From a virus, in IMG/VR virus record IMGVR_UViG_3300025861_000007: a stretch of DNA of 64,000 bases; one strand, written 5' to 3'. Shown here in pieces: positions 1 through 10,210 of the stretch. The position numbers and the translations under genes were made by a program. The notes beneath the pieces were generated by a model that saw only the letters and a program-made list of their open reading frames with translations, had not been told where the DNA came from and searched no databases. The stretch's first letter is position 1. Each line of letters begins with the position of its first letter.

Positions 1-1
1 T

Positions 2-1990
2 CCTGACCTTATCGAAGAAAAGAAATTTGTTATAAAAACAAAAAAGAAATCTGAACCAGCAACCGATTTTGATTTCGGCGGTGGAGAAGGTGGTGGAAAT
101 GAAACCCCTGATTTTAACTTTGGTGGAGATGAGGGTGGAGATACACCTGATTTTGACTTTGGTGGTGGAGAAGAAGGTGGTGATACTGAAGAAGTTGATT
201 TCGGAGGTGGAGATGACTTAGATTTAGAAGGTGGAGATGATGAATTATCCGATGAAGATGACCCAATCAAGAGTATCCAAAAAATGACTGGTAAATTAGG
301 TCAAAAAATTAGAGATACTGAAGATATATCTTCAGATATGAGTAAATGGGTTGCCAAAAGTGTTCTTTCAGCTTTAGATTTAGATGGAATGGATAATGAA
401 GATAAGAAAGACCTTATCCGCACCATTAAAAATGATGAAGCAGAAGGTTCTGATGAAGAAATTGACTTCATGGATGATGACGATTGTGTAAATTGTGATG
501 GTTCTGGATATGATGAAAATTATGAAGAATGTGTTAACTGTGGTGGTACTGGTGAAGTAGAATCAGATGACATGGTTGATTGGAATTCAATGAGTCCTGA
601 AGAAAAATCTGAATTTGTTCAAGCTTCTTTCCCTGGTGATAGTGAAAAACCTATGATGGATTGGGATGAAGATGCTCAAATAGGTAAATACGATGATTTA
701 GTTTCACAAGATGAACCATATAGAAGAACTGGTGAATCACAATATATGTTATTCGACCCAGAAGAGGTTGATGTTGATTATATGAGTGATGAAGAAGAAC
801 TTTATGGTCCTGGTGATGAGACAATTGAACAAGGTGAGGAACTTTTGAATGATGAGTTACCATATTATGAAGATGAAAATCGACAAGAATATTTTGGTGA
901 CGAGGATTGGATGTCTGATGAAGATGAGACTTATCCATACTATGAAAAAAATACTGATTATATGTCTAAATTCGCTGGAGATGTTAAACGTGGTTTAAGT
1001 TCTGGCGGTAGAAATTTAGAAATGTATGAGTTAGATACACATTTAAGAAAAATTAAAGCCAAATTAGGTGGTAGAACTACACATATTGATAACAATATGG
1101 TTGTGGGTTCTTTCGGATTTGTTAAAGTAACTAATAACGGATATGAATTACACAGAGAGGGTGAAAGATTCCCTAGAACATTCAGATTTGATGAATTAGG
1201 TAAACTTAAAAACGCTTTAAGTGGTGTTGACTATATGGACTACATGGAAGATGATGTTCGTAACCCAGCTCCAGCACCAACTAAACCAACAACAAAACCT
1301 GATGTAAAACCAGGTAAACCTGGCACGGACAAACCAAGTCCAAGTAAACGTCCATTTACTCCTCCACCTCATATTACGCCAGGTGAGGAACCAGCTCCAA
1401 AGGCTAAAGATAAATGGTCAAGAACAAAACCTTACGATGAGAAGTATGTAGACTATCCTTACGAACACTTTGAAGGTGAATATGATTATATGGATGATGA
1501 TGATAGTTGTCCAACATGTCAAGGTAGAGGTCATATGAGACAACCAATCGGTTTCAACAGAGGTAGTATTCCACAATGTACTGAATGTGGTGGTTCTGGT
1601 AAAAGATTTGTAGGTGATCAACCTAACATTAGTAGTGAAGATGAAATAACCGAACCTTATGTAAATAACCCTTTTGGTTACGAATCAAATAGTACATTAC
1701 CTAACGGTTTAGATTATACAATAGATTATAAAGAGAAATTCAGTTTCCCTTTCCCTGTTGGAAATATTGATTATATGGATGATTTTGATGATATTTTACC
1801 AAGTAACAAAAAAAGATTTAGACCAATGAATCCAGCTCCAGCACCAACTAAACCTAGTACTAAACCTGATGTAAAACCAGGTAAACCAGGTACAGATAAA
1901 CCAAGCCCTTCTAAGAGACCGTTTACTCCTCCACCTCATATTACGCCAGGTGAGGAACCATCTCCAAAGGCAAGAAATCGTAGATTCTAA
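2..1990 (+). CDS. Acidic low-complexity modular protein, probably head-associated (5' end outside window)
   Basis: Frame is open from base 2 (PDLIEEKKFVIK...DFDFGGG...) into the track ORF at 284; four CxxCxGxG motifs, repeated DYM(D/E/S) motifs, duplicated Pro-rich 49-aa block. Confidence 0.75.
   Translation, partial: PDLIEEKKFVIKTKKKSEPATDFDFGGGEGGGNETPDFNFGGDEGGDTPDFDFGGGEEGGDTEEVDFGGGDDLDLEGGDDELSDEDDPIKSIQKMTGKLGQKIRDTEDISSDMSKWVAKSVLSALDLDGMDNEDKKDLIRTIKNDEAEGSDEEIDFMDDDDCVNCDGSGYDENYEECVNCGGTGEVESDDMVDWNSMSPEEKSEFVQASFPGDSEKPMMDWDEDAQIGKYDDLVSQDEPYRRTGESQYMLFDPEEVDVDYMSDEEELYGPGDETIEQGEELLNDELPYYEDENRQEYFGDEDWMSDEDETYPYYEKNTDYMSKFAGDVKRGLSSGGRNLEMYELDTHLRKIKAKLGGRTTHIDNNMVVGSFGFVKVTNNGYELHREGERFPRTFRFDELGKLKNALSGVDYMDYMEDDVRNPAPAPTKPTTKPDVKPGKPGTDKPSPSKRPFTPPPHITPGEEPAPKAKDKWSRTKPYDEKYVDYPYEHFEGEYDYMDDDDSCPTCQGRGHMRQPIGFNRGSIPQCTECGGSGKRFVGDQPNISSEDEITEPYVNNPFGYESNSTLPNGLDYTIDYKEKFSFPFPVGNIDYMDDFDDILPSNKKRFRPMNPAPAPTKPSTKPDVKPGKPGTDKPSPSKRPFTPPPHITPGEEPSPKARNRRF
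1262..1972 (+). repeat. Two ~145 bp intragenic direct repeats (about 1262-1405 and 1829-1972)
   Basis: Both encode NPAPAPTKP(T/S)TKPDVKPGKPGTDKPSPSKRPFTPPPHITPGEEP(A/S)PKA, with mostly synonymous differences. Confidence 0.95.
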
Positions 1991-2412
1991 TGGGTAAAGA
2001 ATTATACTTAATATATATAAATAAAATTGGAACTAACTTTAAAGGGGAACACATGTTTGAGTTCCTCTTTTCTGATAAAACCAATTTAGATTGGGATGAA
2101 AGTTGGTACGAATCTTCTGTTATTTCTGATAAGAATGATTTGACACCTGACCCAAGTTTTATTAAATTTGTAGGGAACTTAAGAACTAATGAATTAGATT
2201 TAGAATTAGTTCAAAATTCTGGAGTTTTCCAAGTTTACAACGCTGTTGAGGGTATAATTGCATTAGGTTGGGAAAAATTAGAAGACAGTGATGAAGACTA
2301 CCCTGAAGAAAGATTAGTCTTTAGGTTTGGTGAAACACGAGAATCTGTTGAAGAGAAATTGTATTCTATAGATTTGGTGTTTAATAATACTGAAAGTAAA
2401 GTATCAAAATAA
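1990..2412 (+). CDS. Hypothetical protein
   Basis: 140-aa ORF, TAATG-coupled to upstream gene. Confidence 0.75.
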   Translation: MGKELYLIYINKIGTNFKGEHMFEFLFSDKTNLDWDESWYESSVISDKNDLTPDPSFIKFVGNLRTNELDLELVQNSGVFQVYNAVEGIIALGWEKLEDSDEDYPEERLVFRFGETRESVEEKLYSIDLVFNNTESKVSK

Positions 2413-4166
2413 TGGGTAGAAGATTAAGGGAGGTTGAAGAAACTTATGATGATAAGTTAAGGTTTATAGATGATAAATTAAATTCCTTAAATTTAAAATC
2501 TAAAGAACTAGAAGACCAAGTACAAAATAGTAAAGTTCAAGCTTCTGCAGCTCAATCCCAAGCGAGTAGAGCAGTAGGTGTTAATCCTGAATCAGAGGCA
2601 CAAGATAAAAAAATGAAACAGGCTTTAGCGGCCAAATCAAGATCTGATATGAAATATTATCAGGACGAACTTCAAAAGCTTAAATCTGAAATTGATTTAG
2701 CTAACCAAGAAAAAGTTAACTTGCTGAACCAAAAAAAAATGCAAGGGGTTCAAAAAGAACAAAAGATGGCAAAAGTGAGTAAAGAACAAATTCTTAGAAT
2801 GGTTGAATCGAATGAACCAGCTAGGATGAAAAAAAGAGAATTGATAGAAAGTATTTCTAACCTTATATTAAAAGAAGACATGAATGACGATATTAGACGT
2901 AAAATAGAGAGTGGTGAGAATGACTACTCCGAACATTTAGATGCTGACACAGTTAAAAGAATGGCTGACAGTATCATGAATGATGTAAGAGCCAACCTAC
3001 AAGCAAGAATGGGTCGTGGTAATGCAAATATGGACCAAGCAAGTAGAGTGTTAGCCCAAGGTTTAATGGGGGCTTTACCTAAAGAAATGCGTCATAAAAG
3101 AGAATTAGAACAATTAGCCGTACAATTAGTACGTCAAGAATATGATGTTCCTGAAGATGTTGTAGATTTTGAAGCACACATTACTGGACATCCTGAAATG
3201 GGTGGTGAACCTATCCGTAAAACAGGTTTAAAATTGAGAAGAGGTAATAAAAGACCACCTCAAGGAAAAACCGAACAAGAATTAAAACCAAACATTACTA
3301 AACGTAGGTTAATGAACGCGATGATGCACGGTGCAGCACGTAAAGGTCAAAACTTGTTCCATATGGCACAGGACCAATTGAATCGTATCGACCCAAGTTT
3401 AGTACAAGATTATAGTAAGTTAATGGCAGGTAACGACTTCATGTATTGGGGTCTTGATGACCAAACCATTGCTAACGAAAGTGAGGGTGGTACACACGCA
3501 GGACAAGTTAGGGTAGATTTATCTGGCCCAAGACCAAAAGTAATTGCTCACGGTATGACTTTCCCTTTCTTATTACACGAATTAACTAAAGGTATATTAG
3601 AATTGATGTCTTTACATGGGTTAGATGCTGATAAAGAAACTAGAGACTATGTATTAGATAAAACAGATAACTTAGAAGCTGAACCTTGGGATATCCGTCT
3701 AGGGCCAAAAATTTGGGAGAAATTCCTAGAGGCACTTGATGTTGATGATTTACCTATGAAGAGTCATATCTTCAATAGATTAGCAACACTTCCACCAGCT
3801 GAATTCAATTCAATTGTACATGGATTATTAAACGACCAAGAACAAGCTAAAAATGCTGTTAGAGAATTAGCTGAAGAAGTTCGTAGAGAACTTAACCAAG
3901 AAGAAGTTGATTCAGCTTTAGGTCAATTCAGTGATGAAGGTAGTGCTGAAGAACATCCTGACGGTCCTCAAGAGGATGATGATGAAGATCCAGTGTTAAA
4001 AGGTCTTTTAGGTAATAAAGGAGAAGAACCACAAGGTGAGGAAGAATATGACGACCCTGAAAATTGGTCTAAGAGAGAATTGGAACAAGAAATTGATGCC
4101 GCTCTTGATGATGGTGACTATGATACCGTTAGAAGATTATCTGACATCCTTAATAGAAAATACTAA
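2412..4166 (+). CDS. Hypothetical protein upstream of terminase; N-terminal coiled coil, C-terminal UVR-like helical motif
   Basis: 584-aa ORF; ends ELEQEIDAALDDGDYDTVRRLSDIL. Confidence 0.7.
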   Translation: MGRRLREVEETYDDKLRFIDDKLNSLNLKSKELEDQVQNSKVQASAAQSQASRAVGVNPESEAQDKKMKQALAAKSRSDMKYYQDELQKLKSEIDLANQEKVNLLNQKKMQGVQKEQKMAKVSKEQILRMVESNEPARMKKRELIESISNLILKEDMNDDIRRKIESGENDYSEHLDADTVKRMADSIMNDVRANLQARMGRGNANMDQASRVLAQGLMGALPKEMRHKRELEQLAVQLVRQEYDVPEDVVDFEAHITGHPEMGGEPIRKTGLKLRRGNKRPPQGKTEQELKPNITKRRLMNAMMHGAARKGQNLFHMAQDQLNRIDPSLVQDYSKLMAGNDFMYWGLDDQTIANESEGGTHAGQVRVDLSGPRPKVIAHGMTFPFLLHELTKGILELMSLHGLDADKETRDYVLDKTDNLEAEPWDIRLGPKIWEKFLEALDVDDLPMKSHIFNRLATLPPAEFNSIVHGLLNDQEQAKNAVRELAEEVRRELNQEEVDSALGQFSDEGSAEEHPDGPQEDDDEDPVLKGLLGNKGEEPQGEEEYDDPENWSKRELEQEIDAALDDGDYDTVRRLSDILNRKY

Positions 4167-4172
4167 AAATAT

Positions 4173-4247
4173 ATCACGTTTAGGACCGTGATTGTTACGA
4201 GGTGAAAACCCTCACTAACCCGTCTGTTCGCTCCAGACGGGTTTTTT
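4173..4247 (+). terminator. Intrinsic terminator preceded by two small hairpins
   Basis: AACCCGTCTG-TTCGCTC-CAGACGGGTT plus T-tract at 4217-4247; ATCACG/CGTGAT stem at 4173-4192. Confidence 0.75.
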
Positions 4248-4299
4248 ATTATGTTTTGATGGCGTTCTGATATTTATATAATAAAAGAACGTCATTTTT

Positions 4300-6120
4300 A
4301 TGCCTAATATACCACAAAATAAAGGACAAAAATTATTAGAGATAGCCAAGTGTATCAAAGACCCTATCTATGCGATAGAAAGTTATCTCGAGACTTTCGA
4401 CCAAACACAAAAAGGTTTTGTTAATTTTAAATTGTTCCCTAAACAGAAAGAATTAGTTGATTCTTATAGACGAGAAAGATTTAATATAGTGATGAAACCC
4501 CGTCAGGCGGGAGTATCAACTACAACAGCGGCTTATATAGCTGTTATGACGGCATTAGCCGACCCAAACAGTCCACAAAGGGTTCTTATTCTTGCTAATA
4601 AACAAGAAACAGCAATTGAATTCCTTAAAAAAGTTAAAGATTTTACATCACAACTACCCGCATGGATGAATGTGTGGGCAGGACCTGGTAGTGATTCTTG
4701 GTTCGACCCTGAAAAAAATTCAGCTAAACATTATCGTCTAAGAAACGGTTCTGAGGTTAAAGCGGTAGCAACTTCAATGGATGCTTTACGTGGTTATACC
4801 CCTACACTCCTTGTCATGGATGAGGCAGCATATATTGAGGGTGGTGAAGAAGTTTATTCAGCAGCTCAACCAGCACTTTCTACAGGTGGTAGGGCAATTC
4901 TTATTAGTACACCTAATGGTATGGACCCATTGTACTATAAAACCTACATGTCAGCTAAAACTAAAGAAAAAACAAACAATCCATTTAACATTGTTGAGAT
5001 GAGATGGTTCCAAGACCCTCGTTACAACAAAGATATGAAATGGCAGAAGAAAAATGAGGCAGGTGAGGTTATAGAAGAGAAAATCGATATGGATTACTCT
5101 CATTTCACACAATTAGAAGAAGAGGGGTGGGAACCAACAGCACCTTGGTTTGAAATGATGTGTGGTCAGTTAAATAACAACGCTAGGATGATTGCACAAG
5201 AGTTATTATGTGCCTTCAACGGTTCTGGTGATAACGTTATTAACTCAAAATATATTGAATATCATAGAAAACATAATGTTCAAGACCCTATTAGAACTGA
5301 ATGGTTAGATGGTGGTATGTGGATATGGGAAGACCCAATCCTAGGACATGAATATATAATGTCTGTCGACGCTGCGTCTGGTTCAGCTGACGACTTTGCA
5401 TCTATTTGTATTACCGATTTCACAACAGGTAATCAAGTAGCTGAATACCACGGTAAAATAGCCCCTGATGTTTTGGGTGAGATAGCAACTGAATATGGTA
5501 ATCGTTATGAGGCTTATGCTGTTGTTGATATTACAGGCGGTTATGGTGTTTCTTCTGTATTAAAAATGATTGAGTTGGGTTATCCAGCAAAAAGAATGTA
5601 TTATGACCAAGTAATTGGTATTGATTCTGTTAATAATAATAAGAATCTAGAAAAACATATGAGAGATGGTAAATTACCAGGTCTCAACTTCCAAAAGAAT
5701 AGAAATACAATTGTTACCAAACTAGAAGAATCTATACGTTTGAATTCGTTTAAAGTTAGGTCTGTTAGGGCTTTAGCTGAGATGGATACATTCGTATTTA
5801 AAAATGGTAGACCTGACCATATGAAAGGTTATCATGATGACTTATTAATGGCTATAGCTATGTGTTGTTTCGTTTCTCAAACATCGTTTAAGGATTTTGA
5901 GAAGAGTAAGGGTGTAGCTAAAGCGATGTTAGATTCTTGGGTTGTTTCTACTACAACAAATGAAACAATAACTGAATTAAACACAACTGAAAATAATTTC
6001 ATGTCGATGAGAGGTGATTTGACAAATCACGTACAAACAGCAGACTCACCACATAATTGGGTATTTCTTGGTTTAACAGGTTTCAAGGATAAAGATAAAA
6101 ATAGAAAAATTATAAAATAA
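4300..6120 (+). CDS. terL: Terminase large subunit (T4 gp17-like)
   Basis: Walker A KPRQAGVSTT, Walker B LLVMDEAA, nuclease motifs SVDAASG and HDDLLMA. Confidence 0.95.
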   Translation: MPNIPQNKGQKLLEIAKCIKDPIYAIESYLETFDQTQKGFVNFKLFPKQKELVDSYRRERFNIVMKPRQAGVSTTTAAYIAVMTALADPNSPQRVLILANKQETAIEFLKKVKDFTSQLPAWMNVWAGPGSDSWFDPEKNSAKHYRLRNGSEVKAVATSMDALRGYTPTLLVMDEAAYIEGGEEVYSAAQPALSTGGRAILISTPNGMDPLYYKTYMSAKTKEKTNNPFNIVEMRWFQDPRYNKDMKWQKKNEAGEVIEEKIDMDYSHFTQLEEEGWEPTAPWFEMMCGQLNNNARMIAQELLCAFNGSGDNVINSKYIEYHRKHNVQDPIRTEWLDGGMWIWEDPILGHEYIMSVDAASGSADDFASICITDFTTGNQVAEYHGKIAPDVLGEIATEYGNRYEAYAVVDITGGYGVSSVLKMIELGYPAKRMYYDQVIGIDSVNNNKNLEKHMRDGKLPGLNFQKNRNTIVTKLEESIRLNSFKVRSVRALAEMDTFVFKNGRPDHMKGYHDDLLMAIAMCCFVSQTSFKDFEKSKGVAKAMLDSWVVSTTTNETITELNTTENNFMSMRGDLTNHVQTADSPHNWVFLGLTGFKDKDKNRKIIK

Positions 6121-6121
6121 A

Positions 6122-6364
6122 ATGGCAAACCGAAACATTTCACAAAACAACCCATTTCAAGGTCAACCAAACGTAAGACGTGGAGCTGGACCTCAAAATT
6201 ATAAATGGAAACCATTACCTTTTGAAAAAACTAGTAAGTTCATACCTAAAAGACAAGGTACGGTTACTTGTGATAATGTAATAGATAATGTAACTACATA
6301 TGTGTATGACGTAATGCCAGACGGTAATCATTTGGCATACGTATATTGTGATTACGTTGTTTAA
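6122..6364 (+). CDS. Hypothetical protein
   Basis: 80-aa ORF between terminase and portal. Confidence 0.65.
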   Translation: MANRNISQNNPFQGQPNVRRGAGPQNYKWKPLPFEKTSKFIPKRQGTVTCDNVIDNVTTYVYDVMPDGNHLAYVYCDYVV

Positions 6365-6442
6365 CATTCACATTTATATTCATTGGTTTACCTTTAGAAT
6401 GAATATTTATGTTTAATAACAAGTTTCGAAACTTAACAATTA

Positions 6443-8362
6443 ATGGCAGATAATAAAGACTTAACAGTATATCAAAAGTTGTTCTACCTTTTTGGGCAGA
6501 ATAAACCTACTCAAAGAGCAACTCCTAAATATAGTTTTAGTGATGGTGATTTAATGAGATCACAAGAGGAGTATAATAAACAAAAACTAGAACTACAACA
6601 ACAAAACTATCTTGAAGCTCAATGGCAAAGAGTGGATAGTGAATTGTACCAAAAAGCAGTTTACTATGAAACATCAAGGATTGCGTCTTATATGGATTAT
6701 GAGGCTATGGAGTTTACACCAGAAATTTCAGCCGCTTTAGATATTATGGCAGAAGAATCTTGTACACCTAGTGAACAAGGTAAAATTCTTACAATTCAAT
6801 CAAATTCAAAAAGGGTAAAAAATGTGTTAGAAGATTTATTCTATAATATTTTAGATATCCAAACAACATTACCAATGTGGACCCGTAACACATGTAAGTA
6901 CGGTGACAATTTCGTCTTCTTAAAAATTGACCACAAAAAGGGTATTATTTCTTCCGCTCAACTTACAAACATTGAAGTTGAACGTAAGGAAGAAGGTATG
7001 TTCACTCAAATACAAAAAGAGGGTGACCAAACACCAAAGAAAAGACAAGTTACTTTCCAATGGAGAGATAAAAATATGACTTTTAACCCATGGGAAATTG
7101 CACATTTCCGTTTATTGGGTGATGATAGAAGATTACCTTACGGTACTTCTATGTTAGAGAAAGCTAGAAGGATTTGGAAACAATTATTACTTTCTGAAGA
7201 TGCGATGTTAGTTTATCGTGTTGTTAGAGCACCTGAAAGACGTGTATTTAAAGTCTATGTGGGTAATATTGATGACAAAGACGTTGATGCTTACGTAAAT
7301 AAAGTTGCTAATAAATTTAAACGTCAACAAGTCACTGACCAAAAAACAGGTCAAGTTGATTTACGTTATAACACATTAGCCGTAGACCAAGATTATTTCG
7401 TTCCTGTTCGTGATCCTAACGCTCCGAACCCAATTGATACTTTACCTGGTGCATCTAACTTAGACCAAATTGCTGATATTGAATATATCCAAAGAAAATT
7501 ATTAACAGCATTACGTGTTCCTAAACCTTTCTTAGGGTTTGATGAGCCAACTGGTGATGGTAAAAACCTTTCTTTATTAGATATTCGTTTTGCACGTACA
7601 ATTAACCGTATTCAACAATCTATGATTCAGGAGTTGAATAAATTGGCAATTATACACCTATATATTTTAGGTTTTACAGACGATTTAAATAATTTCACAT
7701 TAAATCTTACTAACCCATCTACACAAGGTGAGATGTTGAAGATTGAACAATGGAAAGAGAAAGTTCTCCTTTACAAAGATTTAGTATCTCAAGTTGATGG
7801 TGGTATTGCACCTGCATCACATACTTGGGCTAAGAAAAATATCTTCAATTGGACTGATGATGAAATTAAAACCGACCTTGAACAACAAAGAATGGAACGT
7901 GCAGCCTCTAAAGAATTGGAGAATACACCTTCCGTTATCAAGAAAACAGGTTTCTTCGAAAGAGTTGATAAATTATACGGTGATGGTACTGGTCCACAAC
8001 AACCTACTGAAGAAGGTACTGGTGGTGGTGAAGACCTCGGTGGAGGTGGTGGAAGCTTCGGTGGAGGCGGAGGTGGATTTGATTTAGGTGGTGGTGAAGG
8101 AGAAGGTGAATTTGGTGCTGAAGGTGGACCTGAAATGGGTGGACCTGAAACCGCTGGAGAACCTGAGGTAGGTACTGAAACTGAATTTGGTGAAGGTTTC
8201 CGTAGTCAAAACAAAACTATTATTGATAAGTTATTAATGGAAGGTAGACGTAAAAATGAAGACATTATTATGATGACAGAAGGTATTAAAAACCTAATCG
8301 GTGATGATGATTCGGAAAACGAAGAAGAAGATGAAGATGATCTTAATTTATTAGAGAATTAA
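6443..8362 (+). CDS. Portal protein (T4 gp20-like) with Gly/Glu-rich tail
   Basis: YGTSMLEKARRIWKQL, EDAMLVYRVVRAPERRVFKVYVGN, DQDYFVPVR, IDTLPG, ALRVPK motifs. Confidence 0.95.
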   Translation: MADNKDLTVYQKLFYLFGQNKPTQRATPKYSFSDGDLMRSQEEYNKQKLELQQQNYLEAQWQRVDSELYQKAVYYETSRIASYMDYEAMEFTPEISAALDIMAEESCTPSEQGKILTIQSNSKRVKNVLEDLFYNILDIQTTLPMWTRNTCKYGDNFVFLKIDHKKGIISSAQLTNIEVERKEEGMFTQIQKEGDQTPKKRQVTFQWRDKNMTFNPWEIAHFRLLGDDRRLPYGTSMLEKARRIWKQLLLSEDAMLVYRVVRAPERRVFKVYVGNIDDKDVDAYVNKVANKFKRQQVTDQKTGQVDLRYNTLAVDQDYFVPVRDPNAPNPIDTLPGASNLDQIADIEYIQRKLLTALRVPKPFLGFDEPTGDGKNLSLLDIRFARTINRIQQSMIQELNKLAIIHLYILGFTDDLNNFTLNLTNPSTQGEMLKIEQWKEKVLLYKDLVSQVDGGIAPASHTWAKKNIFNWTDDEIKTDLEQQRMERAASKELENTPSVIKKTGFFERVDKLYGDGTGPQQPTEEGTGGGEDLGGGGGSFGGGGGGFDLGGGEGEGEFGAEGGPEMGGPETAGEPEVGTETEFGEGFRSQNKTIIDKLLMEGRRKNEDIIMMTEGIKNLIGDDDSENEEEDEDDLNLLEN

Positions 8363-8388
8363 TAATATTTATATCTAAAAGAGAAGTC

Positions 8389-9177
8389 ATGAATTTTGGA
8401 AACATAAAAGACATATACGCTAAATTTTTAGTTGATTCATATTTGAATGAATCGAAACAAAGTAAACATAAGAAACATTATAAGAATTTCATTAAAATGA
8501 TTTCTGAGAATCAAATTCTTAGAACACAATTCATTGTGTATAAAAACATTGAGAATGGTTACTTAACGTCTGAGGTTAGTGCGTCTGACTACTTAAAAGA
8601 AAATATTTCACTTTTTGATAAATTCTCTAAAAGAGATATTATTAGAGAAAATGAAAGGTTGTTATCTAAAACACCTTCTGATTATCTATTTGAACAAGGT
8701 TATGTTGGTTATACTGAGAAAAAGGAATTATATGAATCAATCCATAATTTAATTACTTTAGAAAAAAAGGCTGAAACTATTAATACTCTTCACGAATCTT
8801 TTGAATATATTAAAAATTGGTTGACAACGCCTAAAGAAATTGTTGAAACAAAGAAGCCTAAAGTTAACGCAAATAAATTCTTAAATGTTGCTGTAGAAAA
8901 GTATAACGAAAAATACTCAACACTAAGTGAGGAAGATAAAAAAGTACTTAAAACTATCATGTCCTCAAATAATGAGGAAAAAGAAACACTTTTAAAAGAT
9001 ATGGTTAAAGAATCCATAACTTTAATTAATAGTGCTCTTAAAGAATACGGTAGTAACTTAGAAGTTAAATCCAAATTATTAGAGGCTAAAGATGTAGTTT
9101 ATAATATTGAATTTAATGTGGATACCTACAAAGAAGACATCTCTAAGATTTACGACTTAAAGAAAAGTTTAAGTTAA
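8389..9177 (+). CDS. Hypothetical helical protein in head module
   Basis: 262-aa ORF after portal. Confidence 0.7.
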   Translation: MNFGNIKDIYAKFLVDSYLNESKQSKHKKHYKNFIKMISENQILRTQFIVYKNIENGYLTSEVSASDYLKENISLFDKFSKRDIIRENERLLSKTPSDYLFEQGYVGYTEKKELYESIHNLITLEKKAETINTLHESFEYIKNWLTTPKEIVETKKPKVNANKFLNVAVEKYNEKYSTLSEEDKKVLKTIMSSNNEEKETLLKDMVKESITLINSALKEYGSNLEVKSKLLEAKDVVYNIEFNVDTYKEDISKIYDLKKSLS

Positions 9178-9203
9178 TAACAATAAAGTTTAATCGGTTT
9201 CCA

Positions 9204-9446
9204 ATGGCTAAATCAGATAATTTAAAAAAACTATACGAAATTGTTGAGTCTTTTGAGTCGCAAAAAAACCAAAACATGGGTGATGTGACACAATATAAAG
9301 AATTAAATGATAGGATAGATATTTTAATACATTCTGAATTAGAAAAAATTGAAAAAGAAAAAGATAATAAACGTAAACTTAAAAGTTGTGAGACTTTATT
9401 CACTGCTATTATAGGTATACTTGAAGCTACTAAACAAATTGTGTAA
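9204..9446 (+). CDS. Hypothetical protein
   Basis: 80-aa ORF, coupled to next gene. Confidence 0.6.
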   Translation: MAKSDNLKKLYEIVESFESQKNQNMGDVTQYKELNDRIDILIHSELEKIEKEKDNKRKLKSCETLFTAIIGILEATKQIV

Positions 9447-9784
9447 TGTCAGAAGATTTTAAATCATTGTGGGCTGAATATTCGAAACTTGTACTAAAGG
9501 AATTGGACAGGATGAATTCTAATGTCGAAAACCTTAGAAGTGATTTTGATGAAAAGTTCAATCAAATAAATGAAAAACTTAGTGATGTTAAAAACACTGA
9601 GAAGGCTGTTACCGATTTAAAAATTTGGCAAGAAAAAGTAAATGAGGTATGGTCTCCTTCACAAATGAAAGAGGCTAAAGATGAAATTTATAAACAAAAA
9701 AATAAATGGATAGCTACAATAGCTATTTTAGCTTTCATTCAAATAATAATAGGAATAATCGTATCAATCAAAGGTGTATTATGA
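9446..9784 (+). CDS. Coiled-coil protein with C-terminal transmembrane helix (possible lysis accessory)
   Basis: Ends WIATIAILAFIQIIIGIIVSIKGVL. Confidence 0.6.
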   Translation: MSEDFKSLWAEYSKLVLKELDRMNSNVENLRSDFDEKFNQINEKLSDVKNTEKAVTDLKIWQEKVNEVWSPSQMKEAKDEIYKQKNKWIATIAILAFIQIIIGIIVSIKGVL

Positions 9785-10107
9785 CAACTGAAAAGAAAAA
9801 ATGGTATCAATATATTAGAATACAGTTATTAGCTGACATTCTAAAAGAAAAAGGAAAATATTCTCAAGGTAGAGTTTATTTGTTAATATCAATTTTAGCT
9901 TACTATCTTACTTTAGGTATTCTAACACATAGTGGGATTAAAAAAGGTTCTGAAATTGATTTAGCAACATTTAATAACATCATAGATGCATTACAATGGT
10001 CAATGGGTCTCTTCGCTGGGTACGTTTTCGGTGGTAAGGGTATTGAGGCCTTAAAAACAATAATAGGTAAGTCTGACACCCCAAAAACAGAAGGAACTAA
10101 TGTATAA
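9781..10107 (+). CDS. Small two-TM membrane protein (holin-like)
   Basis: Likely start MTTEKKKWY at 9781; hydrophobic segments VYLLISILAYYLTLGIL and ALQWSMGLFAGYVFG. Confidence 0.55.
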   Translation: MTTEKKKWYQYIRIQLLADILKEKGKYSQGRVYLLISILAYYLTLGILTHSGIKKGSEIDLATFNNIIDALQWSMGLFAGYVFGGKGIEALKTIIGKSDTPKTEGTNV

Positions 10108-10138
10108 AAGAAAACCCCGTTTGGGGTTTTTCTTTTTT
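10107..10138 (+). terminator. Intrinsic terminator
   Basis: AAAACCCC-GTTT-GGGGTTTT followed by T-rich run. Confidence 0.8.
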
Positions 10139-10210
10139 ATAGCGGTTTTCTAATTGAAGAAAAATCATTATAATTGATTATATAATAAATTTAAGCAAAA
10201 TGGCAAAATT

